From a virus (Duplodnaviria; Caudoviricetes), in IMG/VR virus record IMGVR_UViG_3300021964_000073, positions 1 through 58,464 of that record: a stretch of DNA of 58,464 nt. One strand, given 5' to 3'. The notes below the pieces were generated by a model. It ran no database searches and was not told the DNA's origin. It worked only from the letters and a program-made list of their open reading frames with translations. Below are positions 9,027 through 19,061 of the stretch, in pieces; position 1 is the stretch's first letter, and every line of letters begins with the position of its first letter. The translations under genes were made by a program, and so were the position numbers.

Positions 9027-9931
9027 TATAGTTCCGCTTTTCGTATATCGTGATCAATTCCTAAATTTTTAAATAGATTAGCAGTTGTTTGTATACTTGT
9101 CAACGCTTTTTTCATCTTATCTTGGTATTCTGGATTGTCATCAAACTTCATCATAAACTTTTTAGCGGCATCAGGCTTAATATAAATTACCCTTCCGCTC
9201 CATGCCGCCTGCGGCGAATAGAAACTAATAAAATGTTCTTTACCATCTGCACGTGATGCAATGTAATCTAATACTTTCATTTTATTTGGATCTTGATTTT
9301 TTACACTTGTATTATCAACTTTATCTTTACCAAAGATAAGTTCGTCTACTTGTTGTTCTTCAACTGGGTCTGTACCTAAATAACCTTGTAATGTATCAAA
9401 CATTTTCTTAGCAAAAGGTTTTGCACTTTTAGTTACATTCTTTTCGAAAGTTTCATAATCATTTTGTATTGCGGCTTGACGTAATTTTGTAGCACTTGCT
9501 CCGTCAGCGTCTTCGCTTGCTGAATTTCTACTTAATCTTTCTTGTTTAATAGTTTCAAAATTAAAAAACCCATGTGGTCCTTCGTTACCGTTATACTTTT
9601 GTATTAAAGGAGTAAGTTTATTTTCTCCTTCTAGTATTGTTAGATTAGTATAACCTTCTTTAAATAATTCTGTAGCCGCAAAAAAAATATTTTTTGCAAG
9701 TTTTACATCTATATCTGGAAAACTTTTTTGTGCCCATGCTAGTTTTTCTGATGGTGCTAAAGGATCATCTGGTAGCTTTGCAGGTCTATCAGTTAAGTAA
9801 AGTCTACTGTCTCCCGGAGCCTGTTTTAGTGCTTCTACTAATAATCCATGTCCTACGTGTGCAGGATTTAATCTGCCTAACGCAATACTAATTTCTTTAC
9901 TAGGAGCTTCAAACAGTTGTCTAAGACGCAT
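9026..9931 (-). CDS. Nucleotidyltransferase (HxGH superfamily) with putative head-targeting N-terminus
   Basis: GRLNPAHVGH and SATKLR motifs; N-terminus MRLRQLFE. Confidence 0.75.
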   Translation of the reverse strand: MRLRQLFEAPSKEISIALGRLNPAHVGHGLLVEALKQAPGDSRLYLTDRPAKLPDDPLAPSEKLAWAQKSFPDIDVKLAKNIFFAATELFKEGYTNLTILEGENKLTPLIQKYNGNEGPHGFFNFETIKQERLSRNSASEDADGASATKLRQAAIQNDYETFEKNVTKSAKPFAKKMFDTLQGYLGTDPVEEQQVDELIFGKDKVDNTSVKNQDPNKMKVLDYIASRADGKEHFISFYSPQAAWSGRVIYIKPDAAKKFMMKFDDNPEYQDKMKKALTSIQTTANLFKNLGIDHDIRKAEL

Positions 9932-10254
9932 TATAGTTTTCCTTTATTGAAGTAATCAATATCGGTATCCATAACGTTTGCTCTTAGTTTTGATTTGTCA
10001 TCAGGATTTAATAATTCTCTTGGGTGCATAGGTAGTTTATACTTTTTGCAATAATCTACTGTTGCTCTATCTATCATTCGATCAAGTATACCCGGCACTT
10101 GGTCGTCTTCTTTACATTTACTACATTGGTCTAATGCAGGTAAGTATTCACCTCGATAAAATGCAGGGTCGTTACGCATATGAAATTGCATATCGTCTAC
10201 TACATCAAAAGGTAATTTATCGTCTTTTCTTATATTAAAGTCTTCAGCTTTCAT
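9931..10254 (-). CDS. Hypothetical protein
   Basis: Probable start MKAEDF just after the upstream stop. Confidence 0.6.
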   Translation of the reverse strand: MKAEDFNIRKDDKLPFDVVDDMQFHMRNDPAFYRGEYLPALDQCSKCKEDDQVPGILDRMIDRATVDYCKKYKLPMHPRELLNPDDKSKLRANVMDTDIDYFNKGKL

Positions 10255-10255
10255 A

Positions 10256-10825
10256 TTACCACTTCCTACATGACCAGTAACGTGCCTTAGTACGTGGACC
10301 CGGATTATCACAGTTGTGTCTAGCCCGGAATGAACGTCTACGTGCAGGGTTTGACTTTTTAATCTTCATGTTAGGATCACCAAAGTTTACTTTTTTAACA
10401 TTTTTAGTCTTTGGGTCCTTGACATATACTTTAAACTTTTTAACATCGCCACGCATTGGCTTACCAAGTTTTACTTTGCGTCCTTGATACTCTGCTTCGT
10501 CAACTTCTTCATCTTCGTTGAACCACATAGTACCGTATGCTTCAAAAAACTCGTCACCGTCGTATGTTTCTTCATCAATATTAGCATCTTCACCTGTGCT
10601 AATTTCAATATCAAAATCTTCATAGCCATTTTCAAACATCATATTTGCTAGTTTATTAGCATACTCGTCTGCTTGTTCTTCAGAAAGTGTAGTTGCTAAC
10701 GGAATCTCAATAACAGATACTTCTTGTTCTGTTTCAAACATATCTACATTTTCAAAAACAGAAGTCATTAAACTTTCATTAAGTTTATTCTGCTTGTCCA
10801 TTATAATTCTTACAAAGTTTTCCAT
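10256..10825 (-). CDS. Hypothetical protein with acidic N-half and basic C-half
   Basis: C-terminal KKVNFGDPNM...RRRSFRARHNC...KARYWSC domain typical of T4-like phage proteins. Confidence 0.7.
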   Translation of the reverse strand: MENFVRIIMDKQNKLNESLMTSVFENVDMFETEQEVSVIEIPLATTLSEEQADEYANKLANMMFENGYEDFDIEISTGEDANIDEETYDGDEFFEAYGTMWFNEDEEVDEAEYQGRKVKLGKPMRGDVKKFKVYVKDPKTKNVKKVNFGDPNMKIKKSNPARRRSFRARHNCDNPGPRTKARYWSCRKW

Positions 10826-10834
10826 TACTATTCC

Positions 10835-11176
10835 TTAATTATTTAACAATATACTACTTACACTACCATCAGTATACACTAACTTTGCTCTTATGTAAAC
10901 AAAATTTCCTGTAAAGTTGGCAAATTTATTGGCAGTTTCATTACTTGCTGTGTAAGTATGTACAGCAAACCAATCCGAATCAGTAGGTGTATTTGCTAGA
11001 GTTGCTTGGATGGTTATAGTGCCAGTTAACCCTGTAAAGTTATACTGCACCGTATGGACACCGTCGGCTCTACTGTAGTATCCGTCACCTTTAAAATTAG
11101 ATCCTGTAACAGTCTCAGTTGTACTGTCCCCTGGATGTGTTTGATTTGATAAAATTATTTCACTATTACTTGGCAT
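10835..11176 (-). CDS. Hypothetical beta-rich virion protein
   Basis: Thr/Ser/Gly-rich 113 aa; TAAATA-N5-ATG upstream. Confidence 0.6.
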   Translation of the reverse strand: MPSNSEIILSNQTHPGDSTTETVTGSNFKGDGYYSRADGVHTVQYNFTGLTGTITIQATLANTPTDSDWFAVHTYTASNETANKFANFTGNFVYIRAKLVYTDGSVSSILLNN

Positions 11177-11184
11177 GCATGTAT

Positions 11185-11853
11185 TTATCTTATTTCATCC
11201 CTAGTAACATGTTTGACGATTCGCTTGATAGTAGCGCCTGCCATTATACACAAACTTAAATATCGTTTATCTTTAAGCCAAAAGTAAAGGCCACCAGTTG
11301 ATCCTCTATTTACAGCATCCATTGCTGTCTTTCCTATTTTTATCTTGTCTTCATTTGCTTCAACAAAATCTTTAAATGCTGGATTACATTTATAACCAAG
11401 AAAGCATTTATAACGCCATTGAACTGGTTTGTCAACTATAACAACATTAGGATGTTCTAATAAAAATTCTATATCGTTATGACTTTTTGGAGTGTGTATT
11501 TCAGCTAAACCTATTCTTTTATCAAGATGTTCAAGCCAAGCTAGGTCATTGGTATATATGCCAAGTGTTATTCCTTCAGCCCGTAGTGTGTATTCTGATT
11601 CTAAACTTTTTAATTCGTCAAACAACACACAAGCATCTGCAAATTCATCAAACTTAACTGTTTGTTGATACGCTCTTGCAGGGTTATATAAAGGCATACC
11701 AGCTTCGGCGTTAGCTTGTAAATAGTCTAAATTTGTTTTAATGGATTTAAGGTTAGCATTCCGAAAAACGCTAGCCAAACTTGTCATTATTACACCCTTA
11801 CATACAAACTTATTGTAAAAAAGTGTATTAGTATCATGCCTCTTGGAGGACAT
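11185..11853 (-). CDS. Hypothetical protein
   Basis: 222-aa ORF overlapping the end of clpA. Confidence 0.6.
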   Translation of the reverse strand: MSSKRHDTNTLFYNKFVCKGVIMTSLASVFRNANLKSIKTNLDYLQANAEAGMPLYNPARAYQQTVKFDEFADACVLFDELKSLESEYTLRAEGITLGIYTNDLAWLEHLDKRIGLAEIHTPKSHNDIEFLLEHPNVVIVDKPVQWRYKCFLGYKCNPAFKDFVEANEDKIKIGKTAMDAVNRGSTGGLYFWLKDKRYLSLCIMAGATIKRIVKHVTRDEIR

Positions 11854-14074
11854 TGTTCTTATCTACTGTTAATATGATTTCTTCGTCAGCATCAATTGTA
11901 AGAGTTCCTCCATCTTTAAGATCACCAAACAACATTTTCTTAGATAAAGGACGCTTAATATCTTTATCAATAACACGTTGTAATGGACGAGCTCCCATTG
12001 CTTTATCAAAACCTTTTTCAACCAAATAATCAATACATTCATTTGTTACACTAACTGTAATTTTTTTGTCATTTAACATAATTCTAAGTTCTTTTAAGAA
12101 TTTGCCAACAATTTTAATCATTACATTTTTATCTAGTTTGTTAAATGTAACAACACCGTCAAGTCTATTTCTAAATTCAGGTGCAAAGTATTTCTTCAAT
12201 TCAGTATCTTCGTAATTAGTGTCTTCTGCGTCACCAAATCCAATAGTGCTTTTTTCTGCTTGTTCAGCACCAAGGTTTGTAGTTAGAATAAGTGTACAAT
12301 TACGTGCATCTGCTTCTTTACCATCACTACCAGTTACTTTACCGTTATCCATAACCTGTAACAAGATTTGTGCAACATCGGGATGAGCTTTTTCTATTTC
12401 ATCCAGGAGTAGAACACAATTAGGATTTTCTTGTAATTTATTAATTAATATACCACTGCCTTCATCGTGTCCTACGTAACCTGGAGGAGAGCCAATTAGT
12501 TTAGCAAGACTATGTTTTTCTTGAAATTCTGACATATCAAAACGTACAAGTTTTACATTTAAGTTGTGTGCTAACTGTTTTGCTAGTTCTGTTTTACCAA
12601 CACCAGTTGGACCCATGAATACAAAGGCTCCAATTGGTTTATCTTCGCTTTTTAATCCTGCTTGGGCTACAAGAATTTTATCAGTAATTTCATCTACTGC
12701 TGTATCTTGGCCGAACACCTCGGATTTTATATTTTTAGCCAATGATGCTAAGTTACTTGTTTCCTTCTGCTGAATCTGATCAGGTGGTAAACCAACAACT
12801 TTAGCAAGTTCAAATTGAATCTCTTCTTTTCCTACTACTCTTTCTGAAACATCCATAACTTTAAATCTTGAACACGCTAAGTCAATTAAGTCGATTGCTT
12901 TATCAGGCAACTTTTTATCTGTCATATACTTAACGCTAAGTTTCACTGCTTCTTCAATTGCTTCGTCAGTAATCTCAGCTTCGTGATGTTCTTCATAATA
13001 TTTTTTAATACCTTTTAAAATATCATATGTAATTTCTTTAGTAGGTTCTTCAACACTAACACGTTGGAATCTACGCATTAATGCTCTATCTTTTTCAAAA
13101 TACTTTCTGTATTCGTCCCAAGTAGTAGATGCTACTACTTTAATGTCACCTTTACCTAGTGCCGGCTTTAACATGTTTGCAAGATCATTTGCATTACCTT
13201 GTCCGCCTGAACCTGCACCATTCATCATGTGTGCTTCGTCGATGAATACAATACATTTACCTTGTTTTTTAATACCGGCCATTACTAGCTTAAAGCGTTC
13301 TTCAAAATCTCCGCGGTATTTACTACCAGCAAGCATAGCACCAATATCTAAATTATAAACTGAATAGTCTTGTAAGAAACTAGGAACTTGTTTGTTAACA
13401 ATTTTGTGTGAAAGACCTTCTGCAATAGCAGTTTTACCTACACCTGGCTCACCAACAAGTAAGACATTGTTTTTACTTCTACGTCCTAGTGCAAGAGCTA
13501 ATGTTTCAAGCACATCTTCACGTCCGATAACAGGATCAATTTTACCTTTGTCAACTTCTTTGTTAAGATTAGTTGTAAATGCACGTAACGCTTTTTGTGC
13601 GGCACCTGCAAGTTCTGCATCTTCAATATCTTGATCAACATTTAATTCAAGATATTCAGTAAATTCTTCTTTGTTTATGCCAACTTTATGTATCTCATAT
13701 AATGACCAACTTTTTTGCTCACTAAGTAAACTTAGAAAGATATCATTCACTTCAATGGTATTACGTCCAGCAAATAAAACTTGTGCAAATGCTCTGTTCA
13801 AAGCACGTTCAACTGCTTGTGTTTTTTTAGGCTTAAAGTTTGTTACATCTTCTGGTAGAGTAATTTCTTCAAGTTTAGTTTTTAAATAATGTTCAATATT
13901 TTTCTTTAACAACTCTGAATCGGAACCATATTCATCTATCACTTTTGCAAAACTTTCGTGACATAGCATTGCATAAAGCAAATGCTCTAAGGTTACATAT
14001 TCGTGTCGTAATTTACGAGCATCTTGGACAGCTTTATCAAATACTGCCTGCAAATTTTTACTTGGTTCTACCAT
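11834..14074 (-). CDS. clpA: ATP-dependent Clp protease ATP-binding subunit
   Basis: Clp N-domain (HEYVTLEHLL), two Walker A (GEPGVGKT, GPTGVGKT), KYRGDFEER, FDMSE, IGF ClpP-docking loop, MGARPL; no ClpB M-domain; start placed after SD GGAGA. Confidence 0.93.
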   Translation of the reverse strand: MVEPSKNLQAVFDKAVQDARKLRHEYVTLEHLLYAMLCHESFAKVIDEYGSDSELLKKNIEHYLKTKLEEITLPEDVTNFKPKKTQAVERALNRAFAQVLFAGRNTIEVNDIFLSLLSEQKSWSLYEIHKVGINKEEFTEYLELNVDQDIEDAELAGAAQKALRAFTTNLNKEVDKGKIDPVIGREDVLETLALALGRRSKNNVLLVGEPGVGKTAIAEGLSHKIVNKQVPSFLQDYSVYNLDIGAMLAGSKYRGDFEERFKLVMAGIKKQGKCIVFIDEAHMMNGAGSGGQGNANDLANMLKPALGKGDIKVVASTTWDEYRKYFEKDRALMRRFQRVSVEEPTKEITYDILKGIKKYYEEHHEAEITDEAIEEAVKLSVKYMTDKKLPDKAIDLIDLACSRFKVMDVSERVVGKEEIQFELAKVVGLPPDQIQQKETSNLASLAKNIKSEVFGQDTAVDEITDKILVAQAGLKSEDKPIGAFVFMGPTGVGKTELAKQLAHNLNVKLVRFDMSEFQEKHSLAKLIGSPPGYVGHDEGSGILINKLQENPNCVLLLDEIEKAHPDVAQILLQVMDNGKVTGSDGKEADARNCTLILTTNLGAEQAEKSTIGFGDAEDTNYEDTELKKYFAPEFRNRLDGVVTFNKLDKNVMIKIVGKFLKELRIMLNDKKITVSVTNECIDYLVEKGFDKAMGARPLQRVIDKDIKRPLSKKMLFGDLKDGGTLTIDADEEIILTVDKNNVLQEA

Positions 14075-14104
14075 GTTGTTAATATTCTCCATAACTTAAT
14101 ATAC

Positions 14105-14133
14105 ATTGTACTTTAAAACTGTTGCAAAGTCAA
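14105..14133 (-). promoter_or_regulatory. sigma70-type promoter of clpA
   Basis: TTGACT-17 nt-TACAAT. Confidence 0.7.
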
Positions 14134-14142
14134 ATACTTATT

Positions 14143-14946
14143 TTACCAAATCTCTTTTATTTTATTAAGTAGATCATCTGGTATATCTTTAGGTATAACT
14201 CCTTTTAGTTCTATTATTATCTTTCCAGTTCTTCCTGTTTTTCTGTCAGGTAATCCGTAACCAGGGATTGCCATTCTTGTACCAGGAGGAGTTTTTGGCT
14301 TCACATTGAGCATTAAGGTTGAGCCTTTTGGAGTTTTAAATTCTAACTGTGTGCCTGTTATTAGATGAAATATGTTTGTGTCTTTAATTGTAATTAAGTC
14401 TATACCATTAACTTGGTAGTCAGGACTGGCTTTAACTCTTACCTTTACATTAAGGTTACCTCTTGGCAATCCTTGAATATTATCTTGACCCATTCCGTTG
14501 TATCTTATAGTATCGTTAGGTCGTATTCCAGGAGGTATAACTATATTTACTGTTTCCATTCTATTACTAGCTAATCTATAATTAACAACATATTCTTTAC
14601 CGGTATAGATATCAGGTATTTCTATTTCAACAGCAATAGTAATGTCATCATTTTGCATCCTTTGTTGCCTTCCGCCCATATTAAAACCAAAATTGGCAAA
14701 TACGTCTTCAAATCCGCCCATGCCTTGGAAGCCATTAGGCCCAAAACCCTGAGGTTGTGGATTATCATATTCTTGACGTTTTTGAGGATCTTTAAGAGTT
14801 GAGTATGCTTCGTTAATTTCTTTGAACTTAGAATCGTCACCACCTGTACGATCAGGATGATGTTGCATACTTAATTTCTTGTATGCTGATTTAAGTTCTT
14901 TGTCCGAAGCGTTTTTTGAAACACCTAAAGTAGAATAGTAGTCCAT
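14143..14946 (-). CDS. DnaJ/CbpA-type co-chaperone (class B, no Zn finger)
   Basis: DYYSTLGV...HHPDR J-domain, G/F region, DnaJ C-terminal domain. Confidence 0.92.
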   Translation of the reverse strand: MDYYSTLGVSKNASDKELKSAYKKLSMQHHPDRTGGDDSKFKEINEAYSTLKDPQKRQEYDNPQPQGFGPNGFQGMGGFEDVFANFGFNMGGRQQRMQNDDITIAVEIEIPDIYTGKEYVVNYRLASNRMETVNIVIPPGIRPNDTIRYNGMGQDNIQGLPRGNLNVKVRVKASPDYQVNGIDLITIKDTNIFHLITGTQLEFKTPKGSTLMLNVKPKTPPGTRMAIPGYGLPDRKTGRTGKIIIELKGVIPKDIPDDLLNKIKEIW

Positions 14947-14963
14947 ACTATTACTTATAGTAA

Positions 14964-15371
14964 CTATTTCTTAGATTTACTAGATCCGGTGTATAAGCCA
15001 AACCATGCCGCACCAGCACCAACTACAATACTAACAAGACCACTTTGTTCAAAACTCGGAGCAGGCAATGCCATAAACCATATTACTACTTTGTATAATA
15101 ATACAATGTAAACAGTTAAGAACATTCTTGGAAAAATTCTCCAAGCATCAATTGCTCTTGCTAAGTGTATTAATCTAGCATATGGGTTAGGACCCATATC
15201 TTTTACACTTGTGTCAACTTCTAAATCTAATTTTACTTTACGTGTAGTTGAATCACTAGTTGAAACTACTTCTGCTTGATACTCTTGTTCTTGGTACTTA
15301 ATAGGTTCTTTTTTAGGCGTCGATTCTTTTGTCGCCGGCTTATCTAATTCATCTAGACTTTTTCTAGGCAT
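14964..15371 (-). CDS. 2-TM membrane protein, holin candidate
   Basis: DAWRIFPR + two C-terminal TM helices + basic tail, at the end of the lysis cassette. Confidence 0.55.
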   Translation of the reverse strand: MPRKSLDELDKPATKESTPKKEPIKYQEQEYQAEVVSTSDSTTRKVKLDLEVDTSVKDMGPNPYARLIHLARAIDAWRIFPRMFLTVYIVLLYKVVIWFMALPAPSFEQSGLVSIVVGAGAAWFGLYTGSSKSKK

Positions 15372-16125
15372 TATTTGCTCCCTCTATATGTTTAATATAT
15401 TCATCCATGCTGTGGTCTCCAAAGTTATCAATCTTACCTTGCTTGATGCCCATCCACATGCCTCTAAATTTATCCTTGACTAATTGCCAAGCAGTAGGCT
15501 TTCTGTATTTGCCATATGCGTTTAGATAATGTTCAGTACCATGGTGTACATATCCCATTAACCATAAAGGAACACTTGTAACAATATCATTATTATTCTT
15601 CCATCTATGATGGTTTACACCTAAACTCTTAACATACTTTCTCCAACCTACACGAGGAGATCCAAATGTATAAAGTTCAACTGGATCATTTAACTCTATA
15701 TTGTATAAGCAACGACTTGACATTATAGTAGCCATTGCCGCGCCTAAACTATGTCCACAAAACCAAAGTGTCTTGCCTAGGTTTACTTTTCTATTGATGT
15801 CTTCGCATATCATAGGCCATAAGTCATCTACTTCTTTTTTAAATCCTTGATGTACCTTACCTACAGTTTCTGCCATTACAGGTATTGCTTTAAGATCTGC
15901 ACTAATATCATTAAACTCTGACGGCTGTGTTCCGCGACATGCAATAACTAAATCTTCTTTGTTCATGAAGCGATATGCTTGTGCGCCATCTTTTTCATAA
16001 AATTCAACAGTTGTAAATCCTAATTTTCTAACAGCTTTTTTAACATCTTTCTCATCCATATATGCTATAGATGATAGTTTTGCAAACAATACACTCTTTT
16101 CTAAAAAAGTCATTTTGTTTATCAT
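15364..16125 (-). CDS. Class 3 lipase
   Basis: IACRGT, GHSLGAA nucleophile elbow, YTFGSPRVG, NDIVTSVP, DHSM. Confidence 0.92.
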   Translation of the reverse strand: MINKMTFLEKSVLFAKLSSIAYMDEKDVKKAVRKLGFTTVEFYEKDGAQAYRFMNKEDLVIACRGTQPSEFNDISADLKAIPVMAETVGKVHQGFKKEVDDLWPMICEDINRKVNLGKTLWFCGHSLGAAMATIMSSRCLYNIELNDPVELYTFGSPRVGWRKYVKSLGVNHHRWKNNNDIVTSVPLWLMGYVHHGTEHYLNAYGKYRKPTAWQLVKDKFRGMWMGIKQGKIDNFGDHSMDEYIKHIEGANNA

Positions 16126-16406
16126 TTTTTCTTGCCCTCCATTTTCTTAATGCGGGCTTCTAATTCATCTATTTTTTTAGTTACGTGTGGATATTTTTTA
16201 CGCCATGCATCCGTAGGTTGCTCTAACCAAGTCCAACCATAACGTTCGACTAAAAAGTCTACGCATAAATCAAACTTAGCATATAGCCATAGTCCTATTC
16301 GTGTGCTTTTAAAATATGTTGAAAACGCAAGCCCGAATAGCGATCCAACTAATGCCGTATAAATCCACAGGCGATCGCTCGCCATTCTTTCAATCATTTC
16401 CCACAT
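16122..16406 (-). CDS. Membrane protein
   Basis: N-terminal TM helix and coiled-coil tail. Confidence 0.65.
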   Translation of the reverse strand: MWEMIERMASDRLWIYTALVGSLFGLAFSTYFKSTRIGLWLYAKFDLCVDFLVERYGWTWLEQPTDAWRKKYPHVTKKIDELEARIKKMEGKKK

Positions 16407-16436
16407 AGTTTACCCTTTTGTATTAACTATGTGTAT

Positions 16437-16823
16437 TTATTCAGATTGGTCGTCTTCTGGAAGGGGTTGTACAGCATTCTCGTAGTATACAATAATGGCT
16501 TTTTGCTGTTCTATATAACGTCTTAGTTCGGCAAAGTTCTTAGATAAATTTTCGTAGTCTTTTATACTAATAGCAATATATGCATCGCCACCGTTCTTTG
16601 CTTCAAATTCTTTCTTAAATTCTTCGAAGTTTTCTTCAGGTGATACAACATAAATTTTTATGTCGTTCATTTGCACAGGCTTAGGCATTGGAACAACAGG
16701 TACTACTGTTTTCTCAATTTTAGTAACCACTTTAATTTGTGGCTCTTGAAAAGTACTACAACTACTCAGTAGGAGTGTCGCTAGTAATAGACTCGAGATC
16801 ATCCCAAAGTTTATCTGTCGCAT
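16437..16823 (-). CDS. Outer-membrane spanin (Rz1-like lipoprotein)
   Basis: Lipobox LLSSC, Pro-rich PVVPMPKP; overlaps the 3' end of the i-spanin. Confidence 0.75.
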   Translation of the reverse strand: MRQINFGMISSLLLATLLLSSCSTFQEPQIKVVTKIEKTVVPVVPMPKPVQMNDIKIYVVSPEENFEEFKKEFEAKNGGDAYIAISIKDYENLSKNFAELRRYIEQQKAIIVYYENAVQPLPEDDQSE

Positions 16824-17148
16824 TTTGTGTCCTAGTTTCGATTAAGCCTGGCTTCTTGTTAGCCAAGTGTGTTAAGTTGTGCTTGTTTAGAGTAGCACGA
16901 AGTTCATCTCCGTACTGCTCTGATTTAGTTAAGTCTGCGTTAAGTTGATCAGTAAGTGTGTTTAGTCTAGCATTGTCTGCTTTAAGTGTTGCAATACTTG
17001 CTTCACTTGTTTCTATAGCAGTTTCTAATTTAGCATTATTAAGTCGGGCAATTTCCAAATTGGATTGTAGTTGTTTTACATAAAACAATCCTCCTCCAGC
17101 ACTTGCTAACACAATAAAAACTAATGCAATTTTTAATCCACTAAACAT
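16762..17148 (-). CDS. Inner-membrane spanin (Rz-like)
   Basis: N-terminal TM + long coiled coil, directly after the endolysin. Confidence 0.75.
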   Translation of the reverse strand: MFSGLKIALVFIVLASAGGGLFYVKQLQSNLEIARLNNAKLETAIETSEASIATLKADNARLNTLTDQLNADLTKSEQYGDELRATLNKHNLTHLANKKPGLIETRTQNATDKLWDDLESITSDTPTE

Positions 17149-17156
17149 ATTTGTAT

Positions 17157-18005
17157 TTACCCTAGTAACTTTCCCAGCGTTTTTGGTCCTACAATACCGT
17201 CAGCAGTAAGTCCATTTGAACTTTGCCACTCTTTAACAATACGTGCAGTTCCCGGACCAAAGATGCCATCAGCAGGTGAAATGTCAAGTTTCTCTTGTAC
17301 TTCTGCTACTAATGGACCACGTGATCCTTGCCTAATTGTTTGATTGTAGTCTGTTTCTGGTTCTTCAAAATCACCACCTAGTACATCCATTGCATGTAGG
17401 TAATGTTTCTTACGATCGTCTAAACCAATTGTACCACCGTTAATTCTTTTTGTTGCTCCAACAATGTCCATGTTATCACAATACTTGTTAAGTCCGTTTG
17501 TATCCCAGAACCAACATGCTGAGTCTAGTGCGCCTTTCTTAGTGCGTACATAGTCTACTGCTTCTTCTGGTGACATGTCCATTTCTTTTGCAAATTGTGT
17601 GTAGTTGTAACGTCCTGTAAGTTGCAATATGCCGCCACCTCTGAAGCGCCAGCCATCACCGCTATCGGTATCGCCGTTGTCCATGCGACTTGCATATATG
17701 ACGTTAGCGATTGCTTCTGGTTTTCTGTGATATTCATTTGCATCTCTTCCTGCTCGTCTAAAATATTTAGGGAAAATTGTGTTTAGTGCTTTGGCGCTAT
17801 AATTTAAGTTTTCACTTAGTACTCTAAAGCCGCCAGACTCATGTCCGCACTGTGCAATAAACATTGCTACACGCTCTGCTGTATTTACTTCCCATAAAGG
17901 AAGTATTTCTAGCATTGCTTCGTACCAATCTTTCCAGTCTTCTCTATGAATTAGATCTTCTGCCATCCATTCTTGGAAGTCGAATTTAAAATGTTCCTTA
18001 GCCAT
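17157..18005 (-). CDS. Endolysin: GH19 domain + C-terminal peptidoglycan-binding domain
   Basis: AQCGHESGG, ENLNYS, FRGGGILQLTGRYNY, TKRINGG; DGIFGPGT and DGIVGPKT PG-binding repeats. Confidence 0.93.
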   Translation of the reverse strand: MAKEHFKFDFQEWMAEDLIHREDWKDWYEAMLEILPLWEVNTAERVAMFIAQCGHESGGFRVLSENLNYSAKALNTIFPKYFRRAGRDANEYHRKPEAIANVIYASRMDNGDTDSGDGWRFRGGGILQLTGRYNYTQFAKEMDMSPEEAVDYVRTKKGALDSACWFWDTNGLNKYCDNMDIVGATKRINGGTIGLDDRKKHYLHAMDVLGGDFEEPETDYNQTIRQGSRGPLVAEVQEKLDISPADGIFGPGTARIVKEWQSSNGLTADGIVGPKTLGKLLG

Positions 18006-18150
18006 TATTGGTATCCTCTTTTATGCACGAATTACATCTGCAATGGTCACAGACAGTAATCGGATATGTTGCGCCATTGTAATCAGACTCGGTACGTTGT
18101 AACCTAGTGCCACAATGTGATTCATGTCCGCAATTTTTACAATTTTGCAT
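17998..18150 (-). CDS. 50-aa Cys-rich (Zn-binding) protein, not in ORF track
   Basis: Hand translation MQNCKNCGHESHCG...VCDHCRCNSC; TAAGTA-N5-ATG upstream. Confidence 0.6.
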   Translation of the reverse strand: MQNCKNCGHESHCGTRLQRTESDYNGATYPITVCDHCRCNSCIKEDTNNG

Positions 18151-18154
18151 ACTA

Positions 18155-18340
18155 CTACTTAGTTTTGTTTTGCTTGTTTAACCAAGCTTCTGGTGGATCC
18201 TGAAACCAAAGTTTGTCACATTTTTTACAGTTCCATGTATGCTTTATAGTATAATTTTTACTATTCATAACTGTGTATTGGTGGATATCTGTATGAGGAC
18301 AATCTTCTTGGATTTTGATTTCTTCGGGACTTAGTTCCAT
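18155..18340 (-). CDS. Small Zn-ribbon-like protein
   Basis: CPH...CKKC; SD AGGAG. Confidence 0.55.
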   Translation of the reverse strand: MELSPEEIKIQEDCPHTDIHQYTVMNSKNYTIKHTWNCKKCDKLWFQDPPEAWLNKQNKTK

Positions 18341-18350
18341 AATCGTACTC

Positions 18351-19061
18351 CTATCTTCTGTTTACAATTAAGACTTTGCCTTCGTTTTCCAAAGTAAATT
18401 TATCTCCGTACTTATTAATGTCATAATCACCAAGATATTTACTTAGATATATAACTTCAGCAAAGTCATTAAAATTATAACTTTCTGTTATTTCATCATA
18501 TTTAGCTTTGCCGCCTACATCAATGAATTCTAAATTGAGAGGTTCAGCATAACGTTTCTTAATTTGAATTATATTATCTAGCATGTCTACGCTTTCAATA
18601 TAACTCTTACTAAAGAAATTTTGGTAGTTTTCCATTTGCATATTTGATATTGTAGACTCATACGAATCTTCATCTAATGGTAGCATTTCAGATAATGCTT
18701 CCGCTGTTGCATCTTTACTTCTAAAGTTCTTGTAATATCTAAATTTCATACTATCAATTTCAGATAGTTTCTTTATGCCATCTACTATTTCAAGTATTTG
18801 TGTTGGATTTTCTTTTTCTCTTTCAAGCTCAACGAATACTTTATATGTACCATCAGATTGTTCACCTGATGTCATATCAGCATCTAATACAAAAGGATAA
18901 CCTTTTTCAATAAAAGTCATCAAATCTTTTGCTACTTGATTTTCTTTTACACTAAAACTAAGCACACATATATTTTTATCGTCGCCCATTTTACTTTTGA
19001 AACTATCTATTTCAAAAATATCATCAACCATATGTTTTAAATCACCTTGACGTAAACTCAT
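18351..19061 (-). CDS. Hypothetical phage protein
   Basis: 236-aa ORF, ATGA coupled. Confidence 0.7.
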   Translation of the reverse strand: MSLRQGDLKHMVDDIFEIDSFKSKMGDDKNICVLSFSVKENQVAKDLMTFIEKGYPFVLDADMTSGEQSDGTYKVFVELEREKENPTQILEIVDGIKKLSEIDSMKFRYYKNFRSKDATAEALSEMLPLDEDSYESTISNMQMENYQNFFSKSYIESVDMLDNIIQIKKRYAEPLNLEFIDVGGKAKYDEITESYNFNDFAEVIYLSKYLGDYDINKYGDKFTLENEGKVLIVNRR

